Below, piece after piece: positions 28,788 to 41,545 of a stretch of 64,000 bases of DNA. Under the pieces are notes generated by a model. That model searched no databases and was not told the DNA's origin. It worked only from the letters and a program-made list of their open reading frames with translations. How positions within the stretch are numbered: position 1 is the stretch's first letter; each line of letters opens with the position of its first letter. This DNA is from Fistulifera solaris. Taxonomy: Eukaryota. The stretch lies in NCBI GenBank assembly GCA_030295235.1, contig AP026162.1, forward strand, positions 124,001 through 188,000, given 5' to 3'. The translations under genes were made by a program, and so were the position numbers.

Positions 28788-30232
28788 CTATGATCGCAAA
28801 GAAGATTGTTCGATATCAGCTGTCATGCGCATCGCCATTCGCCTTGCTTCGTCAATATTGGCGGGCAGAACTTTGCGACACGGCGTCCCCTCTGGAAGAC
28901 CAAAGGTAAAATAGAAATGATTTGAAACGCGCGCGCTCACTTTTTCGGGTTCCGTCACCCAGGCTTCAACTTCGACCATGATCAGAGGCATCATTTGGTG
29001 ATTCTCCACATAATCTCCGAGAAAGCCTCCTTCTGGTTTCGTATACAAAATCCGTGAATTGAAGACCAGCAAATCACCAACATCCACCGGCGCATCGAAG
29101 CTAATGTCGTCCACCTCTAAGAAATGCGGCCGTTTCCCTCCAAACAAGTAAGCATTCGCATAGGCCAGCTCGAATGCTCGCCGCATCAAGAATCCGCCAA
29201 AGATACGATTGTGAAGATTGCGGACTTGTGGCTGCGCGGTCATGGCGTTCTGCATCAAAGTCCGATTCATGAGAATGGAGTGAGGATCGGCCAAGGACGG
29301 CATTCGGAGCAACGGTCCAGCTTCTTGCAAAAGAGACGCGGCCAACTGATCGACTTTGAGTGAATCTTCGGAAAGAGGCTGCCCTACTTGCAGTCGATTT
29401 TTCCGGCGAACTCTTTGGCTTGTGCCTTTAATGCTCCCAGTTCAAATTGTGCTCGTTCTTCATTGGTGACTGGAAGTAACGGTGGCATCGCGACCGGCTT
29501 TTTCGATTGTGGATCCAAAGTTACGAACGTAAAGTATGCTTCCAGCCATTCTTCTTGTGTATCTACCTCAGTGCATTGCATGCGAATCTCCATACTACTT
29601 TTGCCGACCCAAGTGACTTTTCCTGACAAACTGAGATCTTTTTTGGACCGAAGCGCGGTTTCGGGTGCGAATGCGATCCACCGCGGCTGTTACAATTAGC
29701 GGATTACCAAAGACATGATTGAATGCAATATTTCCAGCCAATGCATCAAGATCTTCCATGATCTAATAATCAGATGAAATGAGTTGAAAAACAAACGTCC
29801 AGGTCTATCATCCCCCAAAATACTTACCTTTCCTATTCTCATTTCACCCCACGGACTTTGGTAGGCTTCCCGCAGAATGAGATCGTTCGAAAATGGGTAC
29901 ATGATTTCGGTGGCCGATTCGGAAGGAGTACGACCCCGCCGTTCCTCGGACGAGGAACGTCCTTCCTCTAAGACCGCTGCCGCGGCGCGGCTCACATCGG
30001 TACTACTCGTCGATCCCGTGTCGCTCAAACTCAAGCGCTGCTTGGCTTCTTGACGAGCGGCCCATAATTTAGCGACAATGGGATTTTTGAATTGCGCTTC
30101 TAAGGGAATTTCGTTCGTCGTCTTGGACGAAAAAAGGTGCACGCGCAAGAAGTGAAAAGATGCTGCTTTATTTCTTTCTTTTCCGCATAAAGCGTTGCAT
30201 TTCAGTAGTCTTGGTAAGTTGAATGCGCTCAT
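28788..30232 (-). CDS. Mitochondrial double-hotdog acyl-CoA thioesterase (ACOT9/10-like)
   Basis: GK|IMEDLDALAG across intron 29763-29827; IVTAAVDRI, GKVTWVGKSSMEI, RNLHNRIFGGFLMRRAFELA and VDDISFDAPVDVGD. One 1-bp frameshift near 29415. Confidence 0.85.
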
Positions 30233-30606
30233 TGAGAGTTTAAAAGTGAAAGATCGTAAGGAACTTGTTTCAATGTGTTCTAATGGCTTTTTTAGATCAA
30301 AGGTCACACAAGACACAAAAGCAAAAGGTTTTTAGCGCTCCATTTCGTCTTTCCTGCGATACGGACAGACGACCGGATTTCGTAGTATAGGCCAAAGTGT
30401 TGTCTTGTGCGACATAGGATGAGACACGATGAGACACACAAGACGTCGAACGGGTCAAATCAAAACCCGCACCCCGCACACACCTCATAACCACGCAAAT
30501 CATTTGACGACAAGACTGTAAAGTAATAAGCTTGCAATAGATCCAATAAACCGGCTGGGAAGGTTCGTTTTGATTCCAGACGTGTAGCTGCTTGTGTGCG
30601 GGAGCA

Positions 30607-33600
30607 ATGGAAGATGGACAATCGAAGAGAGGATTACAACAAGTTGATCCAGACGATACAATAGAAACAATGGCGAAACGCTCTCGCGCGAAGAAGAACA
30701 AAAGCAAGGATGATCATGACGCATCTGCTGCTGAAGATCCTTTGTGCCTTCGCCTTCTACTTTCCCTGAAATAGCAATCGACGTTCCTAAAAAGTTTAGT
30801 CGCATGCGATTAGAAGCCATCTTTTATCCGAAATTCGAAAACGAACAAAAGGAAAATCAGCGCATTCGAGAACAAATGAAGGAGTGTGTCTTGAACCAGC
30901 AAGGATATCTTGAAGCCTCCATCAAGCATTCGGGAAGTTTGATTTTGTGGTCGGGTGGGGAACGCTTTTATAGCAAAAACTCCACCAACAATGTCTTTAC
31001 GGACTGCGCGGAAATTTTGTTGCGACAACACTTTGTGAGGGCATATTGGAATGACGACAACAATGATGGTGAACGTATGTTTCGCGAATGTAGTGAATAC
31101 GTGCAGCAAAATCGATACACACTTGCTTTTGAAGTCGTCACATCCTTTTGGGTGATCATGGGGATCGACCGAATCGAGATTTCTTGATCTTGACAGCTGT
31201 CGCTGTCAAATCCGCGTCACCCTATTTTATGCCCACCTTAGAGCTTGTCGAGCTAGCACAACGGTTTCGATTGCCTCACAATGATGCGTGGGTCTTTTCG
31301 ACTCCTGCCGCTGTGGAATCCCTTTTCAGTATTTACGATAACAGTCGCGAGACGGGTCTAGCATCCACCATCAACCCAGCACTGTCCGAGGCGGCGGATG
31401 TTCATGTTTCGAGCATGTATCCACATGAGATATTCCAGGGTGATATTATGGAAGGTATCGTCATTCGTTATGTAGCCTCTCCGGGCGACTTAGCTGCTAC
31501 GCTCGACCGTGTGAAGGATCTATCGAAGAAATCGATTAATATACTCGAAAGCATCGTTCCTTCTACTCTGGCTGCGTGTCCAGACCTTGTGAAGCAGAAG
31601 TCAGATGAAAACACGCAGCGTTCTGTGATCCGGGCTGATCTTCGAAAGATTTACACGGCATCGCAACTTTGTGATGAGAGAGCGTTTGATTTGGAGGTGA
31701 AAAACTTATTGGAAAAAAAGCCAGAAAGAGCGACAAACGGTAAAGGCAAAGCAATTCACGAGTAGCGACATTACACAAATAGTCGAAACATTGCAGCAAT
31801 CATCGGATTCGGAAACAAAGCGGATTGCTGGAACAATATCACTGCTGGCTTCTTTGAAAGATCGAGTTCAATATGCTTTGTTTCGGGAACAAACATCGGA
31901 CACAAATCGTTGGCTCTGCATTGTGCATGTCTTGTTTGATCGGACATTTCCCAAATACCGTGAACGAAACAAAGACTCTCTTAGCATGGAGCTTTTTCGT
32001 GGATTTTGCATTGAGCTAATGGAACATGCAAATGAAGACGAGAATATTGACGACGCGGCGATTTTACATAGCTCGACTCAAAAACACGAAGAGCCTCTCA
32101 TGCTCAAAATGAAACTTCTTCCATATATGATTCGCACTTTTTGCTGTCGGAATGGACTGGCGACCATAAAGTCGGGTGGTCCGTCTGCATTTTCTTTTTA
32201 TTGCCAAAATCTCCTGTCGAAATGGGGTATTTCTCGACAAGGAATAGAGGCATGGCAACCATTTCTGGACGCTTGGGGCGTGTATGCTGGCGCTGTACTC
32301 GCTGGTAGTTCTGTGATCCCAGATGGCAGAGAAGACTTTTTTAGGAGACGGCCCGCCAAAAGTAGTACTCAACAGTCGAAACTTCTTGGACCACGTATTT
32401 TACTTTACAAAACTCTACGACGCTGGTTTTTATTCTGAGTTGTCTCATCGGCCGGATGAATCGGGATCTTTCAGAGGGTTATTTATTGTGGTCGGACCTG
32501 ACGCTGTTTCGGCCTCCGCAGTTGCTGACTTTCTGGCAAATCAGTGGTGTAGTGCAAAACGTCTCGACGATGTATCGGAGCTGGATAAAGCTTTCATGGA
32601 ACGCTCACTTATGCGCGGAGGAGGGCATGTTCTTAGTGTAGGTCTACTCGACAATTATGGGGGCTCCGGGAAAGTCAGAGAATTAGTGAAAGAGTATAAA
32701 GATGTCATTATGATGGTTTTGTTTGACGTGGTTGGCAATTCAGACATTATGAAAGAACCGAAAACAAAAGGACTCTTGAACTCTTGGCAAAAAATTGATT
32801 GTGGAAAAGTGTTCACGTTGTCGGGAAAATCTTTATTTCGAGAGGACGGATCCCTTGAAGCCGATGAAAATATCGAAACAATGGTTAACGAATGCACCTT
32901 TCGTAACTCATACGAAAGGCCTGGTATACTGGTATTCTTCCCGCAAATTCCTGGCTGCGGTAAATCGTGCTTGACGAGCGACGAACATCGCATACGTGCC
33001 GCGATCGAAAACAGTAGCGTTGCTGAAAAGTCAAGAAAGGTGCTTGTGATAGCTGGTGATCAAACGAAGGACAAGTATTGGCCAAAAGTAAGACACACTC
33101 GACTTCGCGACACCTCGTCAGTGGTTTTAGCGGACAAAAATGCTCCTACGCCATCGTGGGGAACGATTGGCGAGGTTTGTGAGTTCACTCAAGCTGTTGC
33201 GGTTCCGGTTCTTCCCAAGATGCTTTACAAACAACGGAAATTGTCGGGGTCCGTTCCCTGCACGGCGACGACGGAGCTGACAAGTTGCACGTATATCCTT
33301 ATTCTCTAGCTTATCTTGCTGTTTGCATGGCTCGCGTTCTTGACCGACCACCAGGAAGTCACCAGGGAAAGCTAGATTGTGGAACCAAGCGTGCCTGTAT
33401 CATTGTGTTGCAATTTTACAGCCTGTACCGCAATTTGACGGCAGAGCAGTTTGAAGAAGTGATGAAATCTAAATTTGAGAACAGAGGAGCAACATTTTCG
33501 GCGTTGCCTATCAACATTCCATTCTTTCGAACCGGTGCGGTGGATGAAGATCTTCCAATCGACTTGCAGGAAGTATTGATGGACGGGCTCAAACTAATGG

Positions 33601-34477
33601 TAAGAGATTGACTGTCTCCTTGAAATTGCTTTCTCTTTGTCTTAATCCTCCTTTTGTAGTTTGGCAATGAGCTTGACAGAGAGAAGATAAAGGTAAGCGA
33701 CACGCAAGCTATGAATAATATAGTGCGTTTTCTTGGCTAACATACGCATATCAGTCTTTGTCAGAAGCAGAAAAGAAGGATGCAAAACGAATTGAAAACG
33801 AGGCTCTGGATGAAATGGATCGTCGACTTCAAGCCGTCATATCACTTCATCGGGATTCTATTCTTGCGCTATCCATCGAGGAAGAAACAACAAAAGAAAA
33901 GTTTGTGTCTCAATTGAAGGAGAAAGTAGCCGCGTGCGATGAGATGAAATCTTATGATTCGAAACCTACAAAGTTTATCAAGTTGGCGTCTTTAGATGTG
34001 AATCGTGAGGACATTATGAGCATATTTGAATCGTTCCAGAGTGAAGCTCACTTGCAGGAGGTCTTAGCGAATGTTGTGGGCGACCGCGAAATTGGAGAAG
34101 TCTTTAACGGTAGCGATCGTCGGATCGTGACCAAGCCTCACGTGACGCTGGCTCACTTTAGTGATATGACACAAGATGAGCTTCGAAAAACTTTTGATCA
34201 TTTGTTTGGACGTAAAGTGACGCTGTCTGTCGTGGCCGTCTATTGGAGCAGTGAAAATGTTGCACTCGAAGTGAAAGTCGACAGTACAACGACTTGCGGT
34301 ATCGAGCTGCCGCCTTCACGAAACGAATTTACTCACATCACAGTGTGGGTTCATGACAAGAGTTCGGCGGTCAAATCGAATCAGCTTCCGAAACTGGTTG
34401 AGAATGAAGAGGCATCAAAGTTTGACTTTCATCAACCTTTCTTACTGGAAGGATCTGTTTCATTGTGGGAGAGTTAA
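30607..34477 (+). CDS. Plant-type tRNA ligase (Trl1/RNL-like): adenylyltransferase, polynucleotide kinase and 2H cyclic phosphodiesterase
   Basis: IFYPKFENE, SIKHSGSL (motif I Lys), FEVVTSFLGDHGDRP, MEGIVIR, LKMKLLPYMIRTF, kinase P-loop FPQIPGCGKS, ADKNAP, and two 2H motifs (PHVTL, HITV). Introns 33600-33659 and 33693-33754; several 1-bp frameshifts. Confidence 0.8.
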
Positions 34478-35120
34478 TATTGCATCAGTTTTTGAAGCGT
34501 TCCCTCTCAGATCTAGATTCCATTGTTTATCATCCCACGAAAGCCTAGTAAAATATTTTTTGAGCATCAATCGCTGCTTCTTGGGCATTGTTGGAGAGTC
34601 AGTGTGATGCCAGACATCACAGAATATCATCATGCTCCGACCTCCATTCTGCTTGATCGCTTCGATTCCGCTTTCGAACTTTTCTCGCTGCTAATTGAAT
34701 TGCTTCTATGTCCTTTCTCTCTCGTATTTGCTCTTTCTTTGCGTCTTTTGCAACGGAGTAGTTGCCAAGCAACAGCAAGAAATGCCATCATCGGCCGTAC
34801 TGGTAAATCCGAATTGCACATGAACCGTGCACGAGTCGATCCAAAAAAAATCATAAATAATCTAAATTATTGCAGTCATCTGGCCCAGTAGACCATACAC
34901 CATAAATCTTGTGCACACGATACTCCATACAGAGTATTCACAGGTCATATCAAAGCCGGTCATTTCGGTCATTCTTGCATTGCGAAGTCATGGACATCGA
35001 TGAAAAGATGTCGAGCCAAGGTCAAAGCGTGACGAAAAACGAAAAACGACAACCGCAAAAATTTGGCGACCTTTCATCAGCAAGATCCAACACCATAGGC
35101 TATCCAACTAAGAAATACCA

Positions 35121-36499
35121 ATGAAAGCAATCTACTGTTTATTCTTTCTTTTGGTTCATTTCGCGTCATCGCAGACGCTCGAAAAGGTTGGAGATGTCTT
35201 TCCGATTCAACTTCGTTCGAATGGAGTCTCTGACATTCAAGGAACGGATTCTCCGTTGGGCAAAACCTACGTCTTGACGCATCCGGGAGCCACGTACATT
35301 GCCTTGCACTTTTCGCAACTCAAATTACGGAAAGGCGATAGTATTGAAGTCAGTGACGCGGAAGGCGGTCAAGCTTACACACTGACGGGGAGCGGCAGAG
35401 GAAACGGAGCCGCCTTCTGGTCGCAACATATCAAGGGCGACACGATTGTGTTGAATACGGTGATCAAAAGTAGATTTTTCCTCAGGAGAAGAAGCGTCTT
35501 TGTGATTAATGAATATGCCGCTGGATTCGAACCATTGACCGAAACAATTTGTGGAAGAGACAACAAGGAGAATGCAATGTGTTATGCGTCGACGTTCCCA
35601 GAAGAATACAACAAATCGAGAGCCGTGGCGAGGTTGTTGATCAACGGTAGCGGTCTTTGCACAGGGTTTCTTGTGTCAGCGTCGGGACATTTGTTGACCA
35701 ACCGACACTGTATCGAGTCGGAATCGGACGCGCTCAACACCGACTACGAGTTCATGAGCGAAGCGCCGACGTGCGATTCTCCCAATTCACAGCTAGCGCA
35801 CAAAGGAACCATCTACTCCGGTGCTACACTTATAGGCTACAGCTCATCTTTAGACTACGCTCTGGTTAAAATCAGTAATGGCAATCCAGCGAGCTTATTC
35901 GGATATTTGGAATTAGACGATCAGTTGGCTGCTGTGGGGGTCAAATTTACATTCCTCAACACCCATATGGCTGGGCGAAGCAATTGGCTATTTACAGTTC
36001 CCTGGCTGTGGATGAAATCGACGGATTCTGTCATGTCAACAAGCGCGGAACGTTCGGTTCTTGTTCCAGCGGTTCTAACATCGACTTGTTCTACTATTGC
36101 GACACGGAAGGGGGCAGTTCTGGCTCGCCCATTATTTCGCGAGCAACAAACAAAGTGGTTGGCCTCCACAAGTGCGGCGGGTGCTCCAACGGCAACCACG
36201 CTACTAGTGCTCACCTTATTCGAAATCGAATAGCTCCGCACATTTCGCCACCACCAGCTCCTGTGCCGGTGGCTCCGCCAGTTGAGACGCCAACGACGCC
36301 GACCGCGCCTAGTCCTGTTCCTCCGCCAGCTGTTGAACCAACAGCTCCTATTGTCACGGAAACCCCACCCGCTCCGGCACCGGTGGAAGCCCCACCAGTA
36401 CCTGCTCCGACCCCAGTGTGCTTGAGAAGAAGGTCACGTTGCTCGTCGCATTCTAGATGCTGTAGCGGCTTTTGTAGGTCCAGTGGAAGATGCCGATAA
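35121..36499 (+). CDS. Secreted S1 serine protease, copy 4
   Basis: TNRHCI, LDY, GGSSGSP and an Arg-rich 6-Cys tip. One G is missing in the G-run near 35938. Confidence 0.85.
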
Positions 36500-37342
36500 A
36501 AATGCATACCCAACTCTTTAGATATGATATAAGATACAAACAATAACCTAATAGCGATTTTTTTGAAGAGATGAAGAAAGGGACCGTCTTTGCGCTCTAC
36601 GTTAGTTCTTTACTTGAGGTCGACGCCTTGGTCTGTTCTTCGTCGAAAGAAGTCATTAAAATATCATGCTGCATTAAGAATACTGCGCCTCTTTTCTTCG
36701 ATTGTTTGCTCGTCTTCTTCCCGACGCGCCGACATTTTATTCAGCGCACCATTTGATGAAGGACATTGATTCCAAATGGAAGAAAATTCTCAAGATTAGA
36801 AGCGTTGTCGAAGAATCCTTCTTATTCGTAGACCTGGTTGCAGCGTTCTGCTAGTTCAAGATAAAGGATGTTGTAATGTTGGCAATGGAGAGGAACGGAT
36901 GAATGTTGTGAGCGCGATGGTTTTTTGGTTGAGATTGTTCCGTACTCGTGAATCACTTGTTCCTTGTTCGTGTTCGACAACAGTCGACACTGCAAAGTGT
37001 CCTGATGACCGCGAGGTACAAAGAGAGTGATACATAAACAAGGGGTTAAATAAATGAATAGGAATGCAAGTAGTAAAGATATTGTCACAGTCTTGTTTGT
37101 TCTTATTCCTGGTCGTCGTTTCCGAAGAGACTACATTCTCGGCCTAAACTCGGTTGATATCTTCAACATTGCGCTCGATTACGTTTCTATACATGAAGTA
37201 ATAAGTTTCTGGTTTGGGGATTGGACGACCAAGCCATTTTTGTTGTTGGCCGTCAACAAAGGTCGCAAACAGAGTTTTGTGTCATAATTTCCAACGCGGG
37301 CAATAATCGTCAACTTGGAAGCCTCATTGAATCGAAATCGAT

Positions 37343-39024
37343 ATGATTGCTCTCTATTTACTTTTCCTTCTCTTGGGTCTCGTCGGCCCAGACTGCTGAA
37401 AAGGTCGGCGATGTTTTCCCTATTCAGTTCGCTTCGAAAGGCACCTCCGATATTGTGGGAACCGACACGCCTCTGGGAAAACGATATGTGCTCACCCATC
37501 CAGGAGCTACCTACATTGCTTTGCACTTCTCCAAGCTTGCTTTAGTAAGAGGTGACGCGATCGAAGTGAGCGACGTAGACGGTGGACAGGCGTATACGCT
37601 GATTGAAAATGGCAAAGGGAAAGGAGCCGCGTTCTGGTCCCAACATATCAAAGGCGACACGATCATCTTGAATACATTCACTTCCGGTCGAGACCGAAGC
37701 TTCTTTGAGATTGACGAATATGCTGCTGGCTTCGAGTCGTTCTTTGAGACGATTTGTGGTATCGACGACAAAGCGAACGCGGCGTGCTACTCGTCGTCCT
37801 TCCCCAACGCTTACAGTACTTCGCGTCCCGTGGCAAGGCTACTCATCAACGGAAGAAACCTCTGCACAGGCTTTCTCGTTTCGGGCGCGAATCATTTGTT
37901 GACGAATAATCATTGTATCCAAAATACCACCGACGCGCTCAACACCGACTACGAGTTCATGAGCGAAGCGCCGACGTGCGATTCTTTGAATTCACAGCTG
38001 TCGTACCGAGGAACCATTTTCGATGGCGCTACATTCATCCAAACCAATGTTGCACTCGACTACACCTTAGTCCAGATTAACCTCGGGGATCCGGCGACTC
38101 TGTATGGCTTCTTGGAATTGGATGATCATTTGGCGGCCATTGGCGGCCAAGTGTACATCCCTCAGCATGCCATGGGCAAGGCAAAACAGTTGGCGATCTT
38201 CAGTACCGAGACTGCCGATGCTATTGATGGATTTTGTCATATTAACAAGAGCGGCAATTACGGCTGTGGTGGAAGCGCTAGTACGAATGTCTTTTATCTC
38301 TGCGATACGGAAGGAGGCAGTTCTGGTTCCCCCGTCATATCGATGGCGACAAACAAGGTTGTGGGTCTTCACAAGTTGCTCCAGTGGCAATCACGGAACT
38401 AGTGCGCACATCATCAGGAATGAAGTAGCTTCTTTCATCCTGCCGCCCGCGACTCCTATGCCTATCAATGCGGCGACTCCCATGCCCGTCACTGCGCCTA
38501 CAATTGCAGTTCCACCACCAACCGCAGCGCCGGTTTCCGCTCCAATTCCAGCTCCAGTCTCTGCTCCTGCCCCAGTTGGCACAACGATTTCCTCTTTCTG
38601 CGGAGACGGAATTTGCGACATTTTCTCCGAAAACTGCGTGACTTGTCCTTCCGATTGCAATGGTGTACAAGACGGTAAACAAAACTCTCGCTTTTGCTGC
38701 GGTTGTGGAGGAATCAATCCGGTCGGATGCGCGAACTCGGCTTGCAATAGCGGAGCGTTCTTCTGTGATACAAGCAAGCAATGCACGGCGAGTGCTCCGG
38801 CACCGACACCCATCGCATCGCCTGTTCAGGCCCCCACGCCTATCGCATCTCCCATTCAGGCACCTGTCTCTGTGGCTGCGCCTATTCAGGCACCTACACC
38901 CATCGCTTCGCCTATTCAAGCACCCGTGAAGCCGCCTACATCTTGTTTGGCGTCCGGAACGCGCTGCATCTCAAACTCGGAATGCTGCGTCGGCGTTTGC
39001 AAGGCCAACGGTACATGCAAATAG
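37343..39024 (+). pseudogene. Secreted S1 serine protease, copy 5, with two frame disruptions and an extra Cys-rich module
   Basis: Frame break in the signal peptide (~37378). An apparent 8-nt deletion at 38376/38377 removes the conserved CGG of HKCGGC. Extra module CGDGICDIFSENCVTCPSDC...FCCG in the stalk. Confidence 0.55.
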
Positions 39025-40022
39025 CTCTTTCATTCTGTCGGAATTTATCTGAATTTTAACCAGTCAAGTTTCATAAACGGATCCGCTGCATCGATTGCAC
39101 GTTAATAATGAGATCCGAGAAAGTCATAATTTTTAAAGGGTCAGTTGCTTTGTTTGTTGTTCTACCGTTTGTTATCATGTATGCGCGCACCAGAAGGGTG
39201 AATGATAATGATATCAAGGGTGAATGGGATGCAGTTGAGCAGGTTGTTTATGTTCTTGAAAGTTGAATTATACTAGTTGTGTGTTGTGAGTTGAGCCGCA
39301 ATCCGCAATGAACATCATGCACAACAAACAACAAAACCTTTTTGCGCGAAAGAAGTGCACGGAACACGCAAGAGGAACACGGGTGCGCGGAGTGCGGCGG
39401 AGGCGGAGAAAGAGGAAAACCAATCAAAAATCATCAGAAAATCAGAAACCACTCCAAAACAGTGGACACTCGATAATGAAGTACATTGTACATTGCATTT
39501 TTCAATAAAAAAAATTGTCTATGGGTACAAAATACTATCGAACGGACAATTTACCAAAAAAGTATCTACCATAATGTAGACAATTTGTAAAAGGAAAGAA
39601 GGACTTAGTACTTCCGATAGTCACAAAACAGGGGTTAAATCTCTGCTGGATGAGTTCTGCTAAATAAAAGTCCTTTGATACAGGAGAGTAGCGTCCTGTT
39701 GTCACAGTGTATACAGTAATCGGTAGACTTCAATTTTCTACTTAAAGGATCGAGTACCGGGTGACGTGTTAGTGACATTCGGCTCTCAACACACCGCCAA
39801 AATTCAAATTTAGCTTCATTTTTGATCACGAACATCCACATTTACAACTTTAGCTCTTCGCTCTTGGCATTCAATTCTTTCATGCCAGTTTATTACAAGA
39901 TTGCTATTGTAAACAAAGCCCCACGTGCGCCGCGTATCCTTCATATGAATGATAAAAGCACAACGCCTTGCATTGGTAGCTTCTCGTGTTTTCCTCAACA
40001 ACTTGCACAATCTTGAATCGTC

Positions 40023-41360
40023 ATGATTGTTTTCTATCTGCTTTTCCTTCTCTTGGGTTTCTCATCGGCACAAACACCCGCAAAAGTCGGCGATCTTTAC
40101 CCCATTCAGATTCGTTCGAGCGGTGTCTCTGATATTGAGGGCGTCGAGACGCCTCTTGGTCAAACGTACACCCTCACTCATCCGGGCGCAACCTACATTG
40201 CCTTGCACTTTTCCAATCTAGCTCTCGCGAAAGACGACATCATTGAAGTGAGTGATGCGAACGGAGACCAAGCTTATACGCTCACTGGAAGCGGAAAAGG
40301 AGGCGGATCCCCCTTCTGGTCGCAACATATCAAGGGCGACACGATTGTGCTCAACATGCTGACTCGGGGAAAAAGTCGACGTAGTTTCTTTGAAGTAAAT
40401 GAATATGCTGCTGGCTTTGAATCCTTGTTTGAAACAATCTGCGGACTGGATGATAAAGTGAATGCCGTTTGCTACGCCTCCTCGTTCCCCACTGCGTACG
40501 ACAAAGCTCGTGCAGTAGCACGATTGCTCATCAACGGCAACAGTCTCTGCACCGGATTTCTCGTGTCGGGCTCCAATCACTTATTGACGAATAATCACTG
40601 CATTCAGAATGCAACTGTTGCATTGAATACCGATTATGAATTCATGAGCGAGGCTCCCTTGTGTTCATCTGCGAATGCACAGCTCGCGTATCCAGGAACG
40701 TTTTTTGACGGTGCTACATTCATTCAAACCAGTGCGGCGCTCGATTATACCTTGGTGCAGATTAACAGCGGAAATCCATCCAGTTTATATGGCTTCTTAG
40801 AGCTGGATAGTCAACTAACGGTTATTGGTGAACAAATTTACATCCCTCAACACGCCGGCGGTAAAGCAAAACAAATTGCTATCTATAGTACGGAAGCGGT
40901 TGATGCAACCGACGGCTTTTGTCAAATCAACAACGTGGGAAACACGGGCTGTGGTGGAAATCTAGGCAGTACAAATGTGTTTTACTTGTGCGACACGGAA
41001 GGTGGCAGTTCTGGATCCCCAGTTATATCCATGGTGACAAACAAGGTAGTGGGCCTCCATAAATGTGGCGGATGTTCAAATGGCAATGATGGTACAAGTG
41101 CCCATCTTGTTTGGAATCAAGTGGCTTCAATCCTATCTCCGGTAGCACCTGTCCCCGTCCCTGTGCCCGCCCCTTCACCGGTCCCTGTTCCTGTTCCCGC
41201 GCCGTTGCCTGTCCCCGTTCCAGTTCCTGTACCCATCCCTGTCCCCGTGCCTGCCCCGGTCCCAGCACCCGTGCCTTCGTGCTTGCCTCGAGACGGACGT
41301 TGCACGTCTGGGTCTGAGTGTTGTAGTGGTGTATGCAAGCGCAATGGTCGCTGCAACTAA
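40023..41360 (+). CDS. Secreted S1 serine protease, copy 6
   Basis: Intact ORF with catalytic triad motifs, a short PV stalk and a 6-Cys tip. Confidence 0.9.
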   Translation: MIVFYLLFLLLGFSSAQTPAKVGDLYPIQIRSSGVSDIEGVETPLGQTYTLTHPGATYIALHFSNLALAKDDIIEVSDANGDQAYTLTGSGKGGGSPFWSQHIKGDTIVLNMLTRGKSRRSFFEVNEYAAGFESLFETICGLDDKVNAVCYASSFPTAYDKARAVARLLINGNSLCTGFLVSGSNHLLTNNHCIQNATVALNTDYEFMSEAPLCSSANAQLAYPGTFFDGATFIQTSAALDYTLVQINSGNPSSLYGFLELDSQLTVIGEQIYIPQHAGGKAKQIAIYSTEAVDATDGFCQINNVGNTGCGGNLGSTNVFYLCDTEGGSSGSPVISMVTNKVVGLHKCGGCSNGNDGTSAHLVWNQVASILSPVAPVPVPVPAPSPVPVPVPAPLPVPVPVPVPIPVPVPAPVPAPVPSCLPRDGRCTSGSECCSGVCKRNGRCN

Positions 41361-41545
41361 GGCTTCTGTCTTGAAAGACTCATACGAAAACATGAGTCGT
41401 CTGCCAGGATGAAATGATGGTATGTATGTTTTTAATTGATTCGTTACTTCTAAATCGGATATCCGTTAAACACGAAACTTTCAAGCAAAATTGTGTCCAC
41501 ATAACTTAAATTCTACATCAAAGCAAGTTATGGCGAGTAGGAGGC

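Noticed and set aside
36822..37088. 88-aa ORF with a hydrophobic N-terminus between protease copies 4 and 5
   Set aside because: It starts at GTG, has no motifs, and cannot be supported without transcripts.
39512..39586. 10-bp inverted repeat AAATTGTCTA...TAGACAATTT (possible MITE)
   Set aside because: Short, AT-rich and single-copy, with no clear target-site duplication.
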